A stretch of DNA of 64,000 nt, taken from assembly GCA_001823545.1 (NCBI GenBank), contig MHUV01000006.1:27437-91436 (forward strand), in the 5' to 3' direction. Within the stretch, counting starts at the first letter, position 1, and the number at the start of each line of letters is the position of its first letter. The stretch is from Candidatus Yonathbacteria bacterium RIFCSPLOWO2_01_FULL_43_27. GTDB lineage: Bacteria; Patescibacteriota; Minisyncoccia; Phycocordibacterales; UBA1550. A model generated the notes under the pieces. It searched no databases. It saw nothing but the letters and a program-made list of their open reading frames with translations, and had not been told where the DNA came from. A program made the position numbers and the translations under genes. Shown piece by piece: positions 31,741 through 42,322 of the stretch.

Positions 31741-32644
31741 AGAATGAAAATATGCGCGGAATGAGCGAGGAAAGCCCATGGTGCTCACGAACATAAGATG
31801 GGGAAAGAGGCAAACCAACGAGTGCGGGATCTGTCGTGTCTACCGGACAACCACATGCAGCCGCCTCCAAAACCACCTTATCGAGCGAGCCGGTTTCTGA
31901 GCGATGAATAAATCGAGCAGCGCGACGATATTCATCGCGAAGTTGCACATGACTGAGTGCGCCAAGAAATACAACATTGACTCCGACCCTTCGAGCAAGA
32001 GATTCGAGGTTCTCGCGTTCATCTCCCTCACCAGCAATATGAAGGAGGATTCCTTCACGTGCTGCAATTTCGATCACGAGATCGTGTCGCTTGATTGGAG
32101 AAAGTCTCCCCACAGAAAGAAGGAACGATTCACGCTTGATGTTATCATTAGGAGAGAAAAAATCAGTATCTATTCCATGCCCCACGATATGTACCTTCTT
32201 ACTTTGATGACGAAAACTTTCCTTTGAAGCAGTGAGTATTGTATGTGTCAGCAGTGATGCAGCTCGTAGTTTTAGGTCAACACTTTTGTGGGTATACCAC
32301 AGTGCAACTCGCTTTCCCCATAATCGCCAGCAAATGCCTCCAAAGACGACATACTCCGGATTCATATGCACAAATACGGTATCGTAGTTTTTGCGCTCGC
32401 GCCAAATAAAGCGGTAGAAATTAAAAATGTAGCCGAGGCGAGAAACACCACGTTCTTTACCAAGCGAAAAAACACGTACATTTTTGGGTAATTGATATTC
32501 CCCCACCCCAAGCGCAATGACCGTCACGTATTCAGCGTGTTTAGCAAACTCTTCTGTCCATCGATGAAAAAAACCAAGAACAGGATCTTTGTTATCGACT
32601 TTTTGGGTAATGATAAGAATTTTAATTCTTTTTTCTTTCTGCAT
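31721..32644 (-). CDS. Glycosyltransferase family 4
   Basis: GHGIDT, VGRLSPIK, GSLDKVVLEA; likely start 32644. Confidence 0.85.
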   Translation of the reverse strand: MQKEKRIKILIITQKVDNKDPVLGFFHRWTEEFAKHAEYVTVIALGVGEYQLPKNVRVFSLGKERGVSRLGYIFNFYRFIWRERKNYDTVFVHMNPEYVVFGGICWRLWGKRVALWYTHKSVDLKLRAASLLTHTILTASKESFRHQSKKVHIVGHGIDTDFFSPNDNIKRESFLLSVGRLSPIKRHDLVIEIAAREGILLHIAGEGDERENLESLARRVGVNVVFLGALSHVQLRDEYRRAARFIHRSETGSLDKVVLEAAACGCPVDTTDPALVGLPLSPSYVREHHGLSSLIPRIFSFYETTRQ

Positions 32645-32660
32645 ATAATTGAAGGCTTGC

Positions 32661-33548
32661 TTACGTTCTTCGTGCGATGACAACCATATTATCACGTAAG
32701 TTAATAGGGATTGCAAAACTACCCACACGCGGATATTTTTTTAAGAATGTAACTATTTTACGCAAAAAACCAAAATTACGTAACCCCGAAGCAATGAGCA
32801 GCGTGTATTCAAGGGTAAACGTCTTCCCAATTTTTGTAATCTTTTCTATCTGAAAATCATTGTTTTCCAGAAAAATTTTGATACTCTTCTGGGTAAAATA
32901 ATGGAGGTGCTCGGGAGGCAACAAGAGAGGCCATCTTTTGCCCGTACTCCGAGCATACCAACTTCCGCTATCGGGCGTACTAATCGCCAAAATACCATCC
33001 GACATTAACAGCTTCGAACAAAGATGAATTTCTCTATGTGGATCTTGAAAATGCTCCAACACATCCCACAGCGTGATCACACGGAAAGAGCCCTCTTCTA
33101 ACGTATTACCACTACCCAATGTTCCACACACGACATCAAGACCTTTTTTCTGAGCAATCTCAGTAGCATATTCTGAGATTTCAACACCGCATGCTTTCCA
33201 TCCGATCTTTTTTGCAATCTCTACAAAAAAACCCGTAGCTGCCCCAACATCAAGCAATCTTCCCTTTCCCGAACAAAGAGACTCTATTACTTTCATGTAC
33301 CTCACAAACACCGGTCGCATCGGCTCTTTATCCCTGTCATAATCAATATACCCTGACGCCGTTTTTGCCCCAGAAAAATAATCTTCATCGTAGGAAAACG
33401 ATGAATCATGTTTTAAAAAAGGAGAGGGAGATATGTGCCCGCAAGCACCACATCGATACAAATCAAAACCATTTTTCCTTACAAAAAAATAGCCTTGTGC
33501 TTTTTTACACACAACACACGTTGTTATTTTTTCATGATCATTTTCCAT
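32661..33548 (-). CDS. Class I SAM-dependent methyltransferase with N-terminal Zn ribbon
   Basis: CxxC..CxxC, LLDVGAATG, WDVLEH. Confidence 0.85.
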   Translation of the reverse strand: MENDHEKITTCVVCKKAQGYFFVRKNGFDLYRCGACGHISPSPFLKHDSSFSYDEDYFSGAKTASGYIDYDRDKEPMRPVFVRYMKVIESLCSGKGRLLDVGAATGFFVEIAKKIGWKACGVEISEYATEIAQKKGLDVVCGTLGSGNTLEEGSFRVITLWDVLEHFQDPHREIHLCSKLLMSDGILAISTPDSGSWYARSTGKRWPLLLPPEHLHYFTQKSIKIFLENNDFQIEKITKIGKTFTLEYTLLIASGLRNFGFLRKIVTFLKKYPRVGSFAIPINLRDNMVVIARRT

Positions 33549-34228
33549 GGCGCCAAAATTCCTTCTTTAATAATATGGTTTGAAATCTTTGATTCTCCCC
33601 CTGTTCGATTTTTAAAAATAATCGGAACCTCTACAAATCGAGCCCCCTCATTAAAGAGGAGATACTTCAATTCAAAAATAAAAGCATACCCCGAAGCATC
33701 GAAACTTGAGGGATCTATTTTGCGAAGAATATCTGTACGAATAAGATTGAAACCGCCTGTACAGTCGTTAATCGATATTCTTGTGATTATTCTACAATAC
33801 AGATTACCCCCAAAACTCAATACACGTCGCCATAATTCCCACCCTTCAACAGTACCCTGAGGAACATATCGTGAACCAACAACAACATCGTAATCATCTT
33901 TTTTACTCAAGATCTCTTTCAGATATCTAGGGTGGTGTGAGAAATCAGCATCCATCATTATAAGAGAATCAACTTCCTTATCTTCCAACACTTTTCCGAA
34001 CGCATCAAGGTATGCCTTCCCGAGCCCTTCTTTTCCTCTTCGGTGAAGGAGTGAAAGTCGAGGAAACATCTTCTTTAGGGATTCGACAATATCACCGGTC
34101 CCGTCAGGGGAATTATCATCCACCACCATCACGTACACCGACGTAGGGACTGTATCGAAAATTTCCGTTACCAACTGCGAGATATTCTCTCTCTCGTTGT
34201 ACGTTGGAATAATGATCACGCTTTTCAT
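33524..34228 (-). CDS. Polyprenol-phosphate mannose synthase-like GT2
   Basis: IIPTYNERENI, VDDNSPDGT, MDADFSH, GSRY. Confidence 0.92.
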   Translation of the reverse strand: MKSVIIIPTYNERENISQLVTEIFDTVPTSVYVMVVDDNSPDGTGDIVESLKKMFPRLSLLHRRGKEGLGKAYLDAFGKVLEDKEVDSLIMMDADFSHHPRYLKEILSKKDDYDVVVGSRYVPQGTVEGWELWRRVLSFGGNLYCRIITRISINDCTGGFNLIRTDILRKIDPSSFDASGYAFIFELKYLLFNEGARFVEVPIIFKNRTGGESKISNHIIKEGILAPWKMIMKK

Positions 34229-34274
34229 AATAAGTGTATAGTATATCAATAGTATCAACTATTACCAAAACCCA

Positions 34275-35735
34275 TTACTGAGCCTTCTCAAGTATTGTAT
34301 ATCGGTCAACAACTTCCTTTTCCTCATATTTTTTAAAGAGCATATTCTTTGGGTCATATTCTTCACTATTAATGACAATTTGATCGGGAACTCCTTCTTC
34401 GATACTCTTTAACTGATCTTCCCCTATCAAGATAGTACTCGTCACTTTCATATATTGAAAATATTTCGACACAGGCAAAAATAGAGCAATCTCCGGAGCT
34501 TGGTAGATGAAAAATGTCTGCTCAGGGGATTGTTCCTTGAAATATGTCTGCACCTCGTGTGTGCGCGTGCCCTGGTAATACGATGCCACCCATGAATGAA
34601 ACCCTGTCTGATAAAACTGAAAGAATATAAGAAATGTAATAATAGGGTATACCGCACGTTTTATGATTCTCCAATTCAATAAAACGGAAAGTGTTAAAGG
34701 AAAATACATCAGTGCCATTACTTGCCCGAGAAAGAAATATCGATAGTAACCGATGGTTCTTACATATGCAAGAATAACGAGCGCTGTAAACAAAAAAGTG
34801 ATTGTCTCGACATATGAAATGTGGGACTTTTTTTGTAAACGTATAACAAATGAGGTTAACCAAGCTACAAACAATACCATGAAGTATATCGGCTGTGATT
34901 CCGTTACAAAACGTTTAAGGTTGCCGAATACCGAATTCAAAGAAAGTGTACTATGAGGGTCCATATAAATAGAGAGTATGTTTGCGAAGGAGTCACCTGA
35001 AAATTGTATCCAGAGCCACGCAAGTACGGGTACAAAAAATGAAGCAACAGCAAGCACCCAAAGTTTTGGACTATTTAACAATATTTGTCGGTAAAAATAG
35101 AGTGGTACAACGAGTGCAGGAATCACCAATATAAAAATTGGCTTTGTCACCACACACAACCCAAAAAACAACCCCGTGAGAACAAAAAGTGTAATTGTAC
35201 GAACCCCGCGTTCAATCATCCCTACCCCCAAAAGCCCAGCAAACAAAAAAACTAATCCGGGAATCTCTCCGAGTACATTTTTCCCATTTCCATAAATAGG
35301 GGCAAAGCTTGCCAGCAGTAACAACGAGAGTATTGCGAGAGTTTTTTGCATTTGCTGCTTACTTAAGAAATATGCAACTAAGAAAAAAGCAAACAAGAAT
35401 AGCACCATTACTGCGCGTGCCTGAAGGAGTCCTACCCCAAAGAAATTAAAGAATAAAGCAATGGGATACGTGACCACGTAACTCGTAGTTACAAAACCTG
35501 CAGAGACAAACTCTCCAGGAGCGACCTGAATGCCATTTACTCCTTGTGTTGCTACGTTCTCTGCAACTTGGGTAATAATTCCTTCATCCATCCAAATAGG
35601 AGGACTCTCAGATATTTTATACGTAGAAAGAAACAGCACAACGACTGCCGTGAACAATAATAAGCCACAAAAAATATATTTCTGCGCAAGAATACTTCTT
35701 CTACGAATTTCTTGTATGATCACGGATACATTCAT
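34275..35735 (-). CDS. GT-C fold (ArnT/PMT-like) membrane glycosyltransferase
   Basis: WMDEG loop motif followed by many TM helices; lies between the GT2 and GtrA genes. Confidence 0.75.
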   Translation of the reverse strand: MNVSVIIQEIRRRSILAQKYIFCGLLLFTAVVVLFLSTYKISESPPIWMDEGIITQVAENVATQGVNGIQVAPGEFVSAGFVTTSYVVTYPIALFFNFFGVGLLQARAVMVLFLFAFFLVAYFLSKQQMQKTLAILSLLLLASFAPIYGNGKNVLGEIPGLVFLFAGLLGVGMIERGVRTITLFVLTGLFFGLCVVTKPIFILVIPALVVPLYFYRQILLNSPKLWVLAVASFFVPVLAWLWIQFSGDSFANILSIYMDPHSTLSLNSVFGNLKRFVTESQPIYFMVLFVAWLTSFVIRLQKKSHISYVETITFLFTALVILAYVRTIGYYRYFFLGQVMALMYFPLTLSVLLNWRIIKRAVYPIITFLIFFQFYQTGFHSWVASYYQGTRTHEVQTYFKEQSPEQTFFIYQAPEIALFLPVSKYFQYMKVTSTILIGEDQLKSIEEGVPDQIVINSEEYDPKNMLFKKYEEKEVVDRYTILEKAQ

Positions 35736-36193
35736 ATAGTGATTTCTTGTCGCGCAAAGATAACGTATTTATACAAAACAAAACTGAGACAAGCAATCAT
35801 CCCGCCAACCAATATTTGTGCGACTAAATAATGAATGTGAATTTTTTCCACGGAAACATACACCAAATACGTATTTAAAAAGAAATTTCCCAATGAAACG
35901 GCAAAATAAAATATTGATTGTTGATGAATATTTTGTATTGAATGATCTCTGAATGTCCAAAATTTTTGAAGAGTAAAACTTGCGATAAATGCAGTAATGA
36001 AAGCAAGAGCCACCGACGTCAGATAATGAAAACCCACATAAGCAGTTAATATATACAACACCCCTAAATCAATAATCGCCGCAATTCCCCCTGCAATAAT
36101 AAACTTAAAAACTATGCTGTGCGCAGAAAACATTTTTTCCAGCCATTCTTTATACAAAAAGATCTGTATTTTCCTCTGAGTAACCATCTTCAT
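35732..36193 (-). CDS. GtrA family flippase
   Basis: KFIIAGG, SFTLQKFWTF; four TMs; start uncertain. Confidence 0.88.
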   Translation of the reverse strand: MKMVTQRKIQIFLYKEWLEKMFSAHSIVFKFIIAGGIAAIIDLGVLYILTAYVGFHYLTSVALAFITAFIASFTLQKFWTFRDHSIQNIHQQSIFYFAVSLGNFFLNTYLVYVSVEKIHIHYLVAQILVGGMIACLSFVLYKYVIFARQEITI

Positions 36194-37865
36194 GTAGATA
36201 TTTTACCATATACGTCCCTTCAAGAGAATATCCGCGTTTTTTGTAATACTCGCGCACGCCGATACCGGAAATAATAGCAACTTTTCTGAAGCCTGCCTCG
36301 CGCGCAATACGCTCTGCCTCAAGAAGAAGCTGTTTTCCAAAACTCAAATGCTGACTTTGCGAACCTTTTTCACCAATAACTGCCATATGCCCGTAGGTAT
36401 GGAGCTCACGCACGAGCGCTGCGCCACAGAGTACGGCAAGCGGACCGTCGGCAAATTCCTCTCCTTTGTTGTCAGGTAAACGAAGACGCAAAAATGAAGC
36501 AAGCTTCCCTTCATTTTGTTCCTCAAACGAAAGAAATACTTCCTTCCCTGTCATCGTGCGGTATTCAGTGTGGGTGAGGGGGAAGTTTTCCGGCACAACA
36601 ATAGCATCGCGCACCTCACGACAACGAATACATTTACAACGCCATCCATTTTTTTCCATATCAAGGAGGAGCCACTGTCGAAGATTAGACACCTTGCTCC
36701 CCGCTTCAATATGCGTTGCGGGAATATCGCGGATCACGCGAATAATACGTACATATTTGGGGATCTGTTTTTTTGCTTCGACCAGAACGTGCATTATTTC
36801 CTCGTTCGTATATGGCGTGAATTTCCCTTCTTGCCACTCAGAAAAAAGCTCGCTCCCAGGGAGCACCATACAAGGGTAAATCTTCAACATATCAGGATGA
36901 AATTTTTCTCCCGAAAAAAGCTCGCCAAACATTTCAATATCGCGCAAAGGGGTTGAACCAGAAAGGTTAGGCATCATATGGTACACGACCTTGAATCCTG
37001 CATTACGCAAGCGCTCGGTTGCTGTCACCACTGTTGCGATCTTCATATCGCGTTTGGTACGTTTCAAAACATCGTCATCAAGGTGCTGAACACCGAGTTC
37101 CACTTTTGTAACACCAAGCATACGCAAACGCTCAAGCTCTACCGTCGTAATATAGTCGGGGCGCGTCTCTATCGAGAGCCCGATGATGCGCGATCCCGCA
37201 GTCTCATTGTCTGTCTGTAACTCGCTGAGAGATTTTATTCCTTTTGGCGTCTGCCTGTCTTCTGCTACGCCAAAATTATTGCACGCGCGAAATGCTTCCG
37301 CGAGAAATTCTTCTTGATATTTTGGATGATAAAAACTCCACGTACCACCAATAACAATCATCTCCACTTTTTCCGTAAGGTGTCCATTCATCTGGAGCGC
37401 CTTGAGGCGATTAATTACTTGATCATACGGGTCAAAGTTATTGGCAAGCGCACGTGCCGCCGCAGGCTCTTCTGAAAGATAGCTTTTCGGCATTCGTTCC
37501 TCTGTGGGGCAATAAGTACAGCGCCCCGGACACGGAAATGACTTAGTAAGGAGCGACACGACCGCCACACCAGAATTACTGCGCGTCTTGAGTTTTTTCA
37601 TAATACGCTCTGCCTCAAGATTTTGCACCTCCTCACCGGTTGCAATAAGGGCACGATAAAAAGCCAACATTTCTGCATTAGTTGGCATTTTATCCCTCAG
37701 GTCACCCACTCGAGGCCCAAAACGGCTCTCGGGAATTATCTTGCTCGCGGGGTCGTGATTTGCTCTACAAACCTCTAAAAAACGCTCATAGAGCACGGGG
37801 TCCACCAGCACCATTCGCTTGAGTTCGCGAAGGTCTTTTTCAGTTTTTACGTTATTGAAAAGCAT
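36150..37865 (-). CDS. Elp3 radical SAM/GNAT tRNA wobble uridine modification enzyme
   Basis: CPGRCTYCP, ETRPD, VELGVQ, LKIYP, VRELHTYG, QH..FGKQLL, ISGIGVREYY. Confidence 0.93.
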   Translation of the reverse strand: MLFNNVKTEKDLRELKRMVLVDPVLYERFLEVCRANHDPASKIIPESRFGPRVGDLRDKMPTNAEMLAFYRALIATGEEVQNLEAERIMKKLKTRSNSGVAVVSLLTKSFPCPGRCTYCPTEERMPKSYLSEEPAAARALANNFDPYDQVINRLKALQMNGHLTEKVEMIVIGGTWSFYHPKYQEEFLAEAFRACNNFGVAEDRQTPKGIKSLSELQTDNETAGSRIIGLSIETRPDYITTVELERLRMLGVTKVELGVQHLDDDVLKRTKRDMKIATVVTATERLRNAGFKVVYHMMPNLSGSTPLRDIEMFGELFSGEKFHPDMLKIYPCMVLPGSELFSEWQEGKFTPYTNEEIMHVLVEAKKQIPKYVRIIRVIRDIPATHIEAGSKVSNLRQWLLLDMEKNGWRCKCIRCREVRDAIVVPENFPLTHTEYRTMTGKEVFLSFEEQNEGKLASFLRLRLPDNKGEEFADGPLAVLCGAALVRELHTYGHMAVIGEKGSQSQHLSFGKQLLLEAERIAREAGFRKVAIISGIGVREYYKKRGYSLEGTYMVKYLHEDGYSEENTDLFV

Positions 37866-37873
37866 TAGATATT

Positions 37874-39004
37874 CTAATTATCTAACGCATCCTGCCACGA
37901 TTTCAGGTAACGTGCAAGATATTCATCTTTTGTAAGGAGACTTGGCAATCGCGCCTCGAGGTGTACCCCGCTAGATATGTAATGACTTACTATACGCACC
38001 AACGCACCATGGTTCCCTACGGGTGCAATAAGTCCATTTTCATTGTGGCGCACAATTTCACCCGCACACCCCACATCGGTCATCACGACAGGACATCCTG
38101 CCGAAAGTGCTTCAGCAACTGCCATACCGTACCCCTCATAGTTCGACGTGAGGAAGAAAAGATCTGCTGTTTTGTAATACGAAAAAAGATCTCTCTGCCA
38201 ATCTTCAAACATAATATGATCCTGTAAATTATAGTTTCTTGTTTTTGACATCAACGACTCTTTCTCACTTCCCTCACCCACGATAATAAGCCCTGTCTTT
38301 GGATATTTAATAACGATCTCCGCCATCACTTCTATAGCCAGATTGATATTTTTTTCAGGCGATAAGCGTGACGCCATCAAAATATGTTTTTCAAATTGTG
38401 GATATTTTTTCTTGAGATCGTGCGCGGAAGAAACCTCGGCAGTTATATCGGTAGGCACAAAAATAGGAAGCACTTCAATTGACGGCATATGACGCGCGCG
38501 TTGAATACTCGACAATGAATTTTTAATTCTCAGAGAGACCACACGGATAGCGTCGGCGCGTGGAAGCAGAAATTTAGCAAGCATTACACGCGCATAGTTT
38601 GCAAATGATTCCTTTGCAAAATACGGACTCATAAAATCTGTGTGAATTTGGAGATGTAGTTTTGCGCCCAGTATCCACGCAATGAGGTATGCCGTGAGTC
38701 CGAGTTCAAAAGGATCCTGTGCAGTAACCACATCTATGCGCACACCACGCTTCTTGAGCGCACGCGCTTTCATTATTGCACGCGGAATATACCCAAGCCG
38801 TGTTTTAGTATTGGTTGGATAGAGAAAAATATTTGGATGAATGACTTCGTCCTCAAACCCAGATGACTCTTTTGTAAAAACGATGACGTGCAACCGTTTT
38901 ACCAGTTGCCCATACTCAAGCAGGCGCGCCCGCACGGCGCTCCCTGGTTCAAACATTTTCCGATCTGAGGAAATTGAAAGGATGTTCATATAGAGAACTG
39001 CCAT
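37874..39004 (-). CDS. Glycosyltransferase family 4
   Basis: SRLSPEKN, SNYEGYGMAVAEA. Confidence 0.9.
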   Translation of the reverse strand: MAVLYMNILSISSDRKMFEPGSAVRARLLEYGQLVKRLHVIVFTKESSGFEDEVIHPNIFLYPTNTKTRLGYIPRAIMKARALKKRGVRIDVVTAQDPFELGLTAYLIAWILGAKLHLQIHTDFMSPYFAKESFANYARVMLAKFLLPRADAIRVVSLRIKNSLSSIQRARHMPSIEVLPIFVPTDITAEVSSAHDLKKKYPQFEKHILMASRLSPEKNINLAIEVMAEIVIKYPKTGLIIVGEGSEKESLMSKTRNYNLQDHIMFEDWQRDLFSYYKTADLFFLTSNYEGYGMAVAEALSAGCPVVMTDVGCAGEIVRHNENGLIAPVGNHGALVRIVSHYISSGVHLEARLPSLLTKDEYLARYLKSWQDALDN

Positions 39005-39012
39005 ACAATATA

Positions 39013-39768
39013 CTAGAGAGAAGCCCCATCTCCTAACCCCATCTGTAATTTATATTGTTCGATCACCTCGGGATGTTTCCCTTCTTTACATTCTGCGACG
39101 AACGCATCAGCACGTGAGCCATCAGGAAATGTCATATACGCGAGCGCCCCTTCACAAATCGCATTAATATTGAGCTTCCCTTGCACGTCCGTACCCTGAA
39201 CGGGAACAAAGTGAACCGACTCAACGAGTGGTGAAAAATCTTTTCTAAGTTGAGACTCAGCATCAATAAACATTCCACTCATCAGATATACATAGTCCCC
39301 GTTCACGACAACAACATTATCTGAAGCATACAATCCATCTGCCATATATCTGATTGCCGGAGCACCGCCAACCACCACTTCGACAACATTACCTATCTTC
39401 AGGTTAATATTACTAAACTGAATATGCTTTTCAGCCCACGCGAGTGGAGTTTGTTTTTCTGTATTTTTAAATACCTGCAGGGCAATAGTTGCAGGGCCTT
39501 CACCTCCAACAGGTATATTTCTATTTACATCCTCACTTCTTATAAGAACAATAGTGCGCACTAACCCAGAAACAGTATTCACAACATTTGATTCTTCTAC
39601 GACATATCCTGAGGGGCCAACGAAATAATTGAACTCAAGGCCAATTTCTGGGTTCGAGTACGTTGCGATATTTCTTTGAGCCTGATTTTGAACATTATTA
39701 CTAATACCAAACACGTAAAAAAACAAACCAAGAATAACAGCGACCGCTAATACAATTAATTGCTTCAT
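39013..39768 (-). CDS. Membrane-anchored hypothetical protein
   Basis: N-terminal TM/signal segment; C-terminal Cys pair domain (INAICEGAL...FVAECKEG). Confidence 0.7.
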   Translation of the reverse strand: MKQLIVLAVAVILGLFFYVFGISNNVQNQAQRNIATYSNPEIGLEFNYFVGPSGYVVEESNVVNTVSGLVRTIVLIRSEDVNRNIPVGGEGPATIALQVFKNTEKQTPLAWAEKHIQFSNINLKIGNVVEVVVGGAPAIRYMADGLYASDNVVVVNGDYVYLMSGMFIDAESQLRKDFSPLVESVHFVPVQGTDVQGKLNINAICEGALAYMTFPDGSRADAFVAECKEGKHPEVIEQYKLQMGLGDGASL

Positions 39769-39831
39769 AAAATATATAATTATTTTATTACCTAGTAAGT
39801 TACTATACTAAATAGCTTATCATATCGTCGG

Positions 39832-40467
39832 CTAATCTTGTACAAAAGGCACAAACACAAAGCCATAAAATTCACTTTTAGTAAACGTCCCGTCAGGATT
39901 TTTAATTTCTTTATAAATGCTTCCTTCGTGCGGGTACATCATTACACCACCCACCACAAGACTATCCCTCCACGATGACGGTACTCTTTTAACATCTGCC
40001 GCAACAATTATCCTGTCGAGTGGGCCGATGCCACAATCGGTTAATTCAGTGTCAGCACTTTTACAGAAAAATGATATTCTTTTCGCTAGTGCCGGATATT
40101 TTTCTATATTATTTTTTCCAAACCGGCAAAGCGCTTCAATTATTTCAAAGGCATAGACATGTCCGTGCACACCGACTATATAAGATAGGAGTGCTGTTTG
40201 CCAACCAGAACCATATCCCACATCCATCACCCGTTGACCTTCTTTAACTTCAAGTAATTCCAACATAAAAACAACGGTGTAAGGTTGCGATATGGTCTGC
40301 CCGTGACCAATAGACAATGATTCATCCTCATACGCAAGTGAAGAGAGTTTTTTTGGGACAAAATCTATTCTATCTACGGCACGCAAAGATTGCTCTATTG
40401 ATTTAGATTTTAAAACTCCTTTTAATATTAGTTCACTAATTAAACGCTCTATTTCTAATTGATTCAT
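39832..40467 (-). CDS. pcm: Protein-L-isoaspartate O-methyltransferase
   Basis: AYED..LSIGHGQTISQP, DVGYGSGW, FVFVP. Confidence 0.92.
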   Translation of the reverse strand: MNQLEIERLISELILKGVLKSKSIEQSLRAVDRIDFVPKKLSSLAYEDESLSIGHGQTISQPYTVVFMLELLEVKEGQRVMDVGYGSGWQTALLSYIVGVHGHVYAFEIIEALCRFGKNNIEKYPALAKRISFFCKSADTELTDCGIGPLDRIIVAADVKRVPSSWRDSLVVGGVMMYPHEGSIYKEIKNPDGTFTKSEFYGFVFVPFVQD

Positions 40468-40516
40468 GATCTAATTGGAAACTTTTTTAACAAAAAAAAC
40501 AGAGAGTAAACATTAA

Positions 40517-40951
40517 TTATTCTGTAACTATTATTGTGCCTTTCATGAAAGGGTGTGGTGTGCAATGATATTTGAATGTACCTACCGTATTGAAGACGCG
40601 GTTGTAATTTTCATTGGTAGAAAGACTCAGACTACCAAACTCCCCCGTATCACTTGTAGCAGTATGAGCAACAGAATCTTTATTGATCCACACAATACTG
40701 TCCCCTTTTTTTATGGTTATTAAGGTTGGCGAGAAAGCAAAATTCTGTATTGAGATAGCATGAGTGGTCTTAGGAACGTCAGGTGAAGTTGGCACAGAAA
40801 CTGAATTCTGATTCTGTGGGATAACAGGAGTAGAATTATTATTAAATTCGACGGGAATCTGTGGAGCTGAATTCCTGTTTATGGAAAAATAAAATCCTCC
40901 AATAGCAAGCAATGCAATGACTGCCAGTATGACAATATATTTTGTATTCAT
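40517..40951 (-). CDS. Cupredoxin (plastocyanin/amicyanin-like), membrane-anchored
   Basis: Type-1 Cu ligands H...YHCTPHPFM; likely start MNTKY at 40951. Confidence 0.9.
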   Translation of the reverse strand: MNTKYIVILAVIALLAIGGFYFSINRNSAPQIPVEFNNNSTPVIPQNQNSVSVPTSPDVPKTTHAISIQNFAFSPTLITIKKGDSIVWINKDSVAHTATSDTGEFGSLSLSTNENYNRVFNTVGTFKYHCTPHPFMKGTIIVTE

Positions 40952-41051
40952 AGCATTATAATGAGTTAGGTACACTAATAACATCATTATAACACTTTCT
41001 GCGACACAAATAAGTATGTCTGGATATTGAGCAAAGAGACGTAAAAGAGAA

Positions 41052-41426
41052 TTAGAGCGGAGTCTTAATGGTTTTATAGTATTCCCGAAGTGACGAAAAC
41101 TTCCCTTCTCTTGTACCAAAAATAGCAACCTCAGACATTTCTATCCGAAGGTTACGTTTTGTGTCAATAAATTCAGCATCCCACTCAGCAATTACATTCT
41201 TGCCATCAATCCAAATATTTCGCAGATGAAAATGAATGTCATCTTGCTCACCGATAACCTTAGAGATCCAATACTTGTGTATCGCATCTCTTCCATTATT
41301 AACTGGCTCTTTCGGGTCGTCGTACGTCGCATCTTCGGTAAAAATAGTAATGATAAGTTCTGGATCTTTTGTCTCCCATGCTTTTCCATAAATTTCAATA
41401 AGTTTTGTTGCTTCTTCCTTTGTCAT
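41052..41426 (-). CDS. SnoaL/NTF2-like protein
   Basis: YGKAW...FTEDATY...GRDAI, LREY. Confidence 0.8.
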   Translation of the reverse strand: MTKEEATKLIEIYGKAWETKDPELIITIFTEDATYDDPKEPVNNGRDAIHKYWISKVIGEQDDIHFHLRNIWIDGKNVIAEWDAEFIDTKRNLRIEMSEVAIFGTREGKFSSLREYYKTIKTPL

Positions 41427-41466
41427 AATCTTATTTTCTATTTTTAACATCAATCCTATCGAAGTG

Positions 41467-41537
41467 CTGCGGGGCTTGGATTCGAACCAAGGTGACAGCT
41501 TTCAGAGAGCTGCATCCTACCACTAGATGATCCCGCA
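41467..41537 (-). tRNA. tRNA-Gln(CTG)
   Basis: Reverse complement TGCGGGATCATCTAGTGGTAGGATG-CAGCT-CT-CTG-AA-AGCTG...GGTTCGAATCC...CCCCGCAG. Confidence 0.95.
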
Positions 41538-41541
41538 ATAT

Positions 41542-42243
41542 CTATTTATAATCTCTAAAACTTAAAACTTCCATCGCCCGATAAACCTCGTCTTTTTTGG
41601 AAATCTGAATTTGATCCTTGCTTTTATGAGGACTGAACCCTAACCTTTTCATTAACTCAAACACGTTATTAAGCATCGAGATATTTCTATTCGCAAAAAG
41701 GAACTTATGGGTATATGTTTGTTCATGGACACAGAAACTTCCCTCCGCTTCATATAAACCACGGAGATACCTTATCATATATTCTCTTTTTTTTAAAATC
41801 CATTCTGGAACAGTGATTATTAGGTCTTTCCGCGCCCCAACAGCAATTCCAATCCTTTTGCTAATTAATTTTTCATAGACACCGATTTTCGTTGAATTAG
41901 TTTGATTGCTTGAGATAATATACGGCTTCTTCTTAAACACCTTCTCTATAATATCCGCGTATCTTTCAATAAAACCAGAATTATTTGAATTTGATATTAA
42001 GCGTAATTCCTCACAACGAGGATACTTGCAAATGTGGCCATCTCCAAGAATAACACCAATAAGTTCTGCAAGATCCCCATTTTTCTTTAGTGGTAAGTAA
42101 TCAGATTTGACCTTCCCAAGAGCTTTCATTTTCTCCCTCCACACTTTAAAGTTATCAATCTTCCTCAACCTCATCGTATCGGAAATTTTCTTTACTGAAA
42201 GATTTGTATCCTTCGTCTTCCCTTTATTCCAATTACGTGGCAT
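41542..42243 (-). CDS. Free-standing LAGLIDADG homing-endonuclease-like protein
   Basis: Two motifs, LAELIGVILGDG and YLRGLYEAEG; N-terminal WNKG.TK basic segment. Confidence 0.85.
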   Translation of the reverse strand: MPRNWNKGKTKDTNLSVKKISDTMRLRKIDNFKVWREKMKALGKVKSDYLPLKKNGDLAELIGVILGDGHICKYPRCEELRLISNSNNSGFIERYADIIEKVFKKKPYIISSNQTNSTKIGVYEKLISKRIGIAVGARKDLIITVPEWILKKREYMIRYLRGLYEAEGSFCVHEQTYTHKFLFANRNISMLNNVFELMKRLGFSPHKSKDQIQISKKDEVYRAMEVLSFRDYK

Positions 42244-42322
42244 ATAAATATTATACCATATTATCTATTGACCATTAGATGATACTCGCGACACCAAGAA
42301 ATATCTTTAAATTCTCTCTCCC

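Noticed and set aside
41542-42243. Intein or tRNA intron
   Set aside because: No splicing motifs; the tRNA is contiguous and pyrG is uninterrupted.
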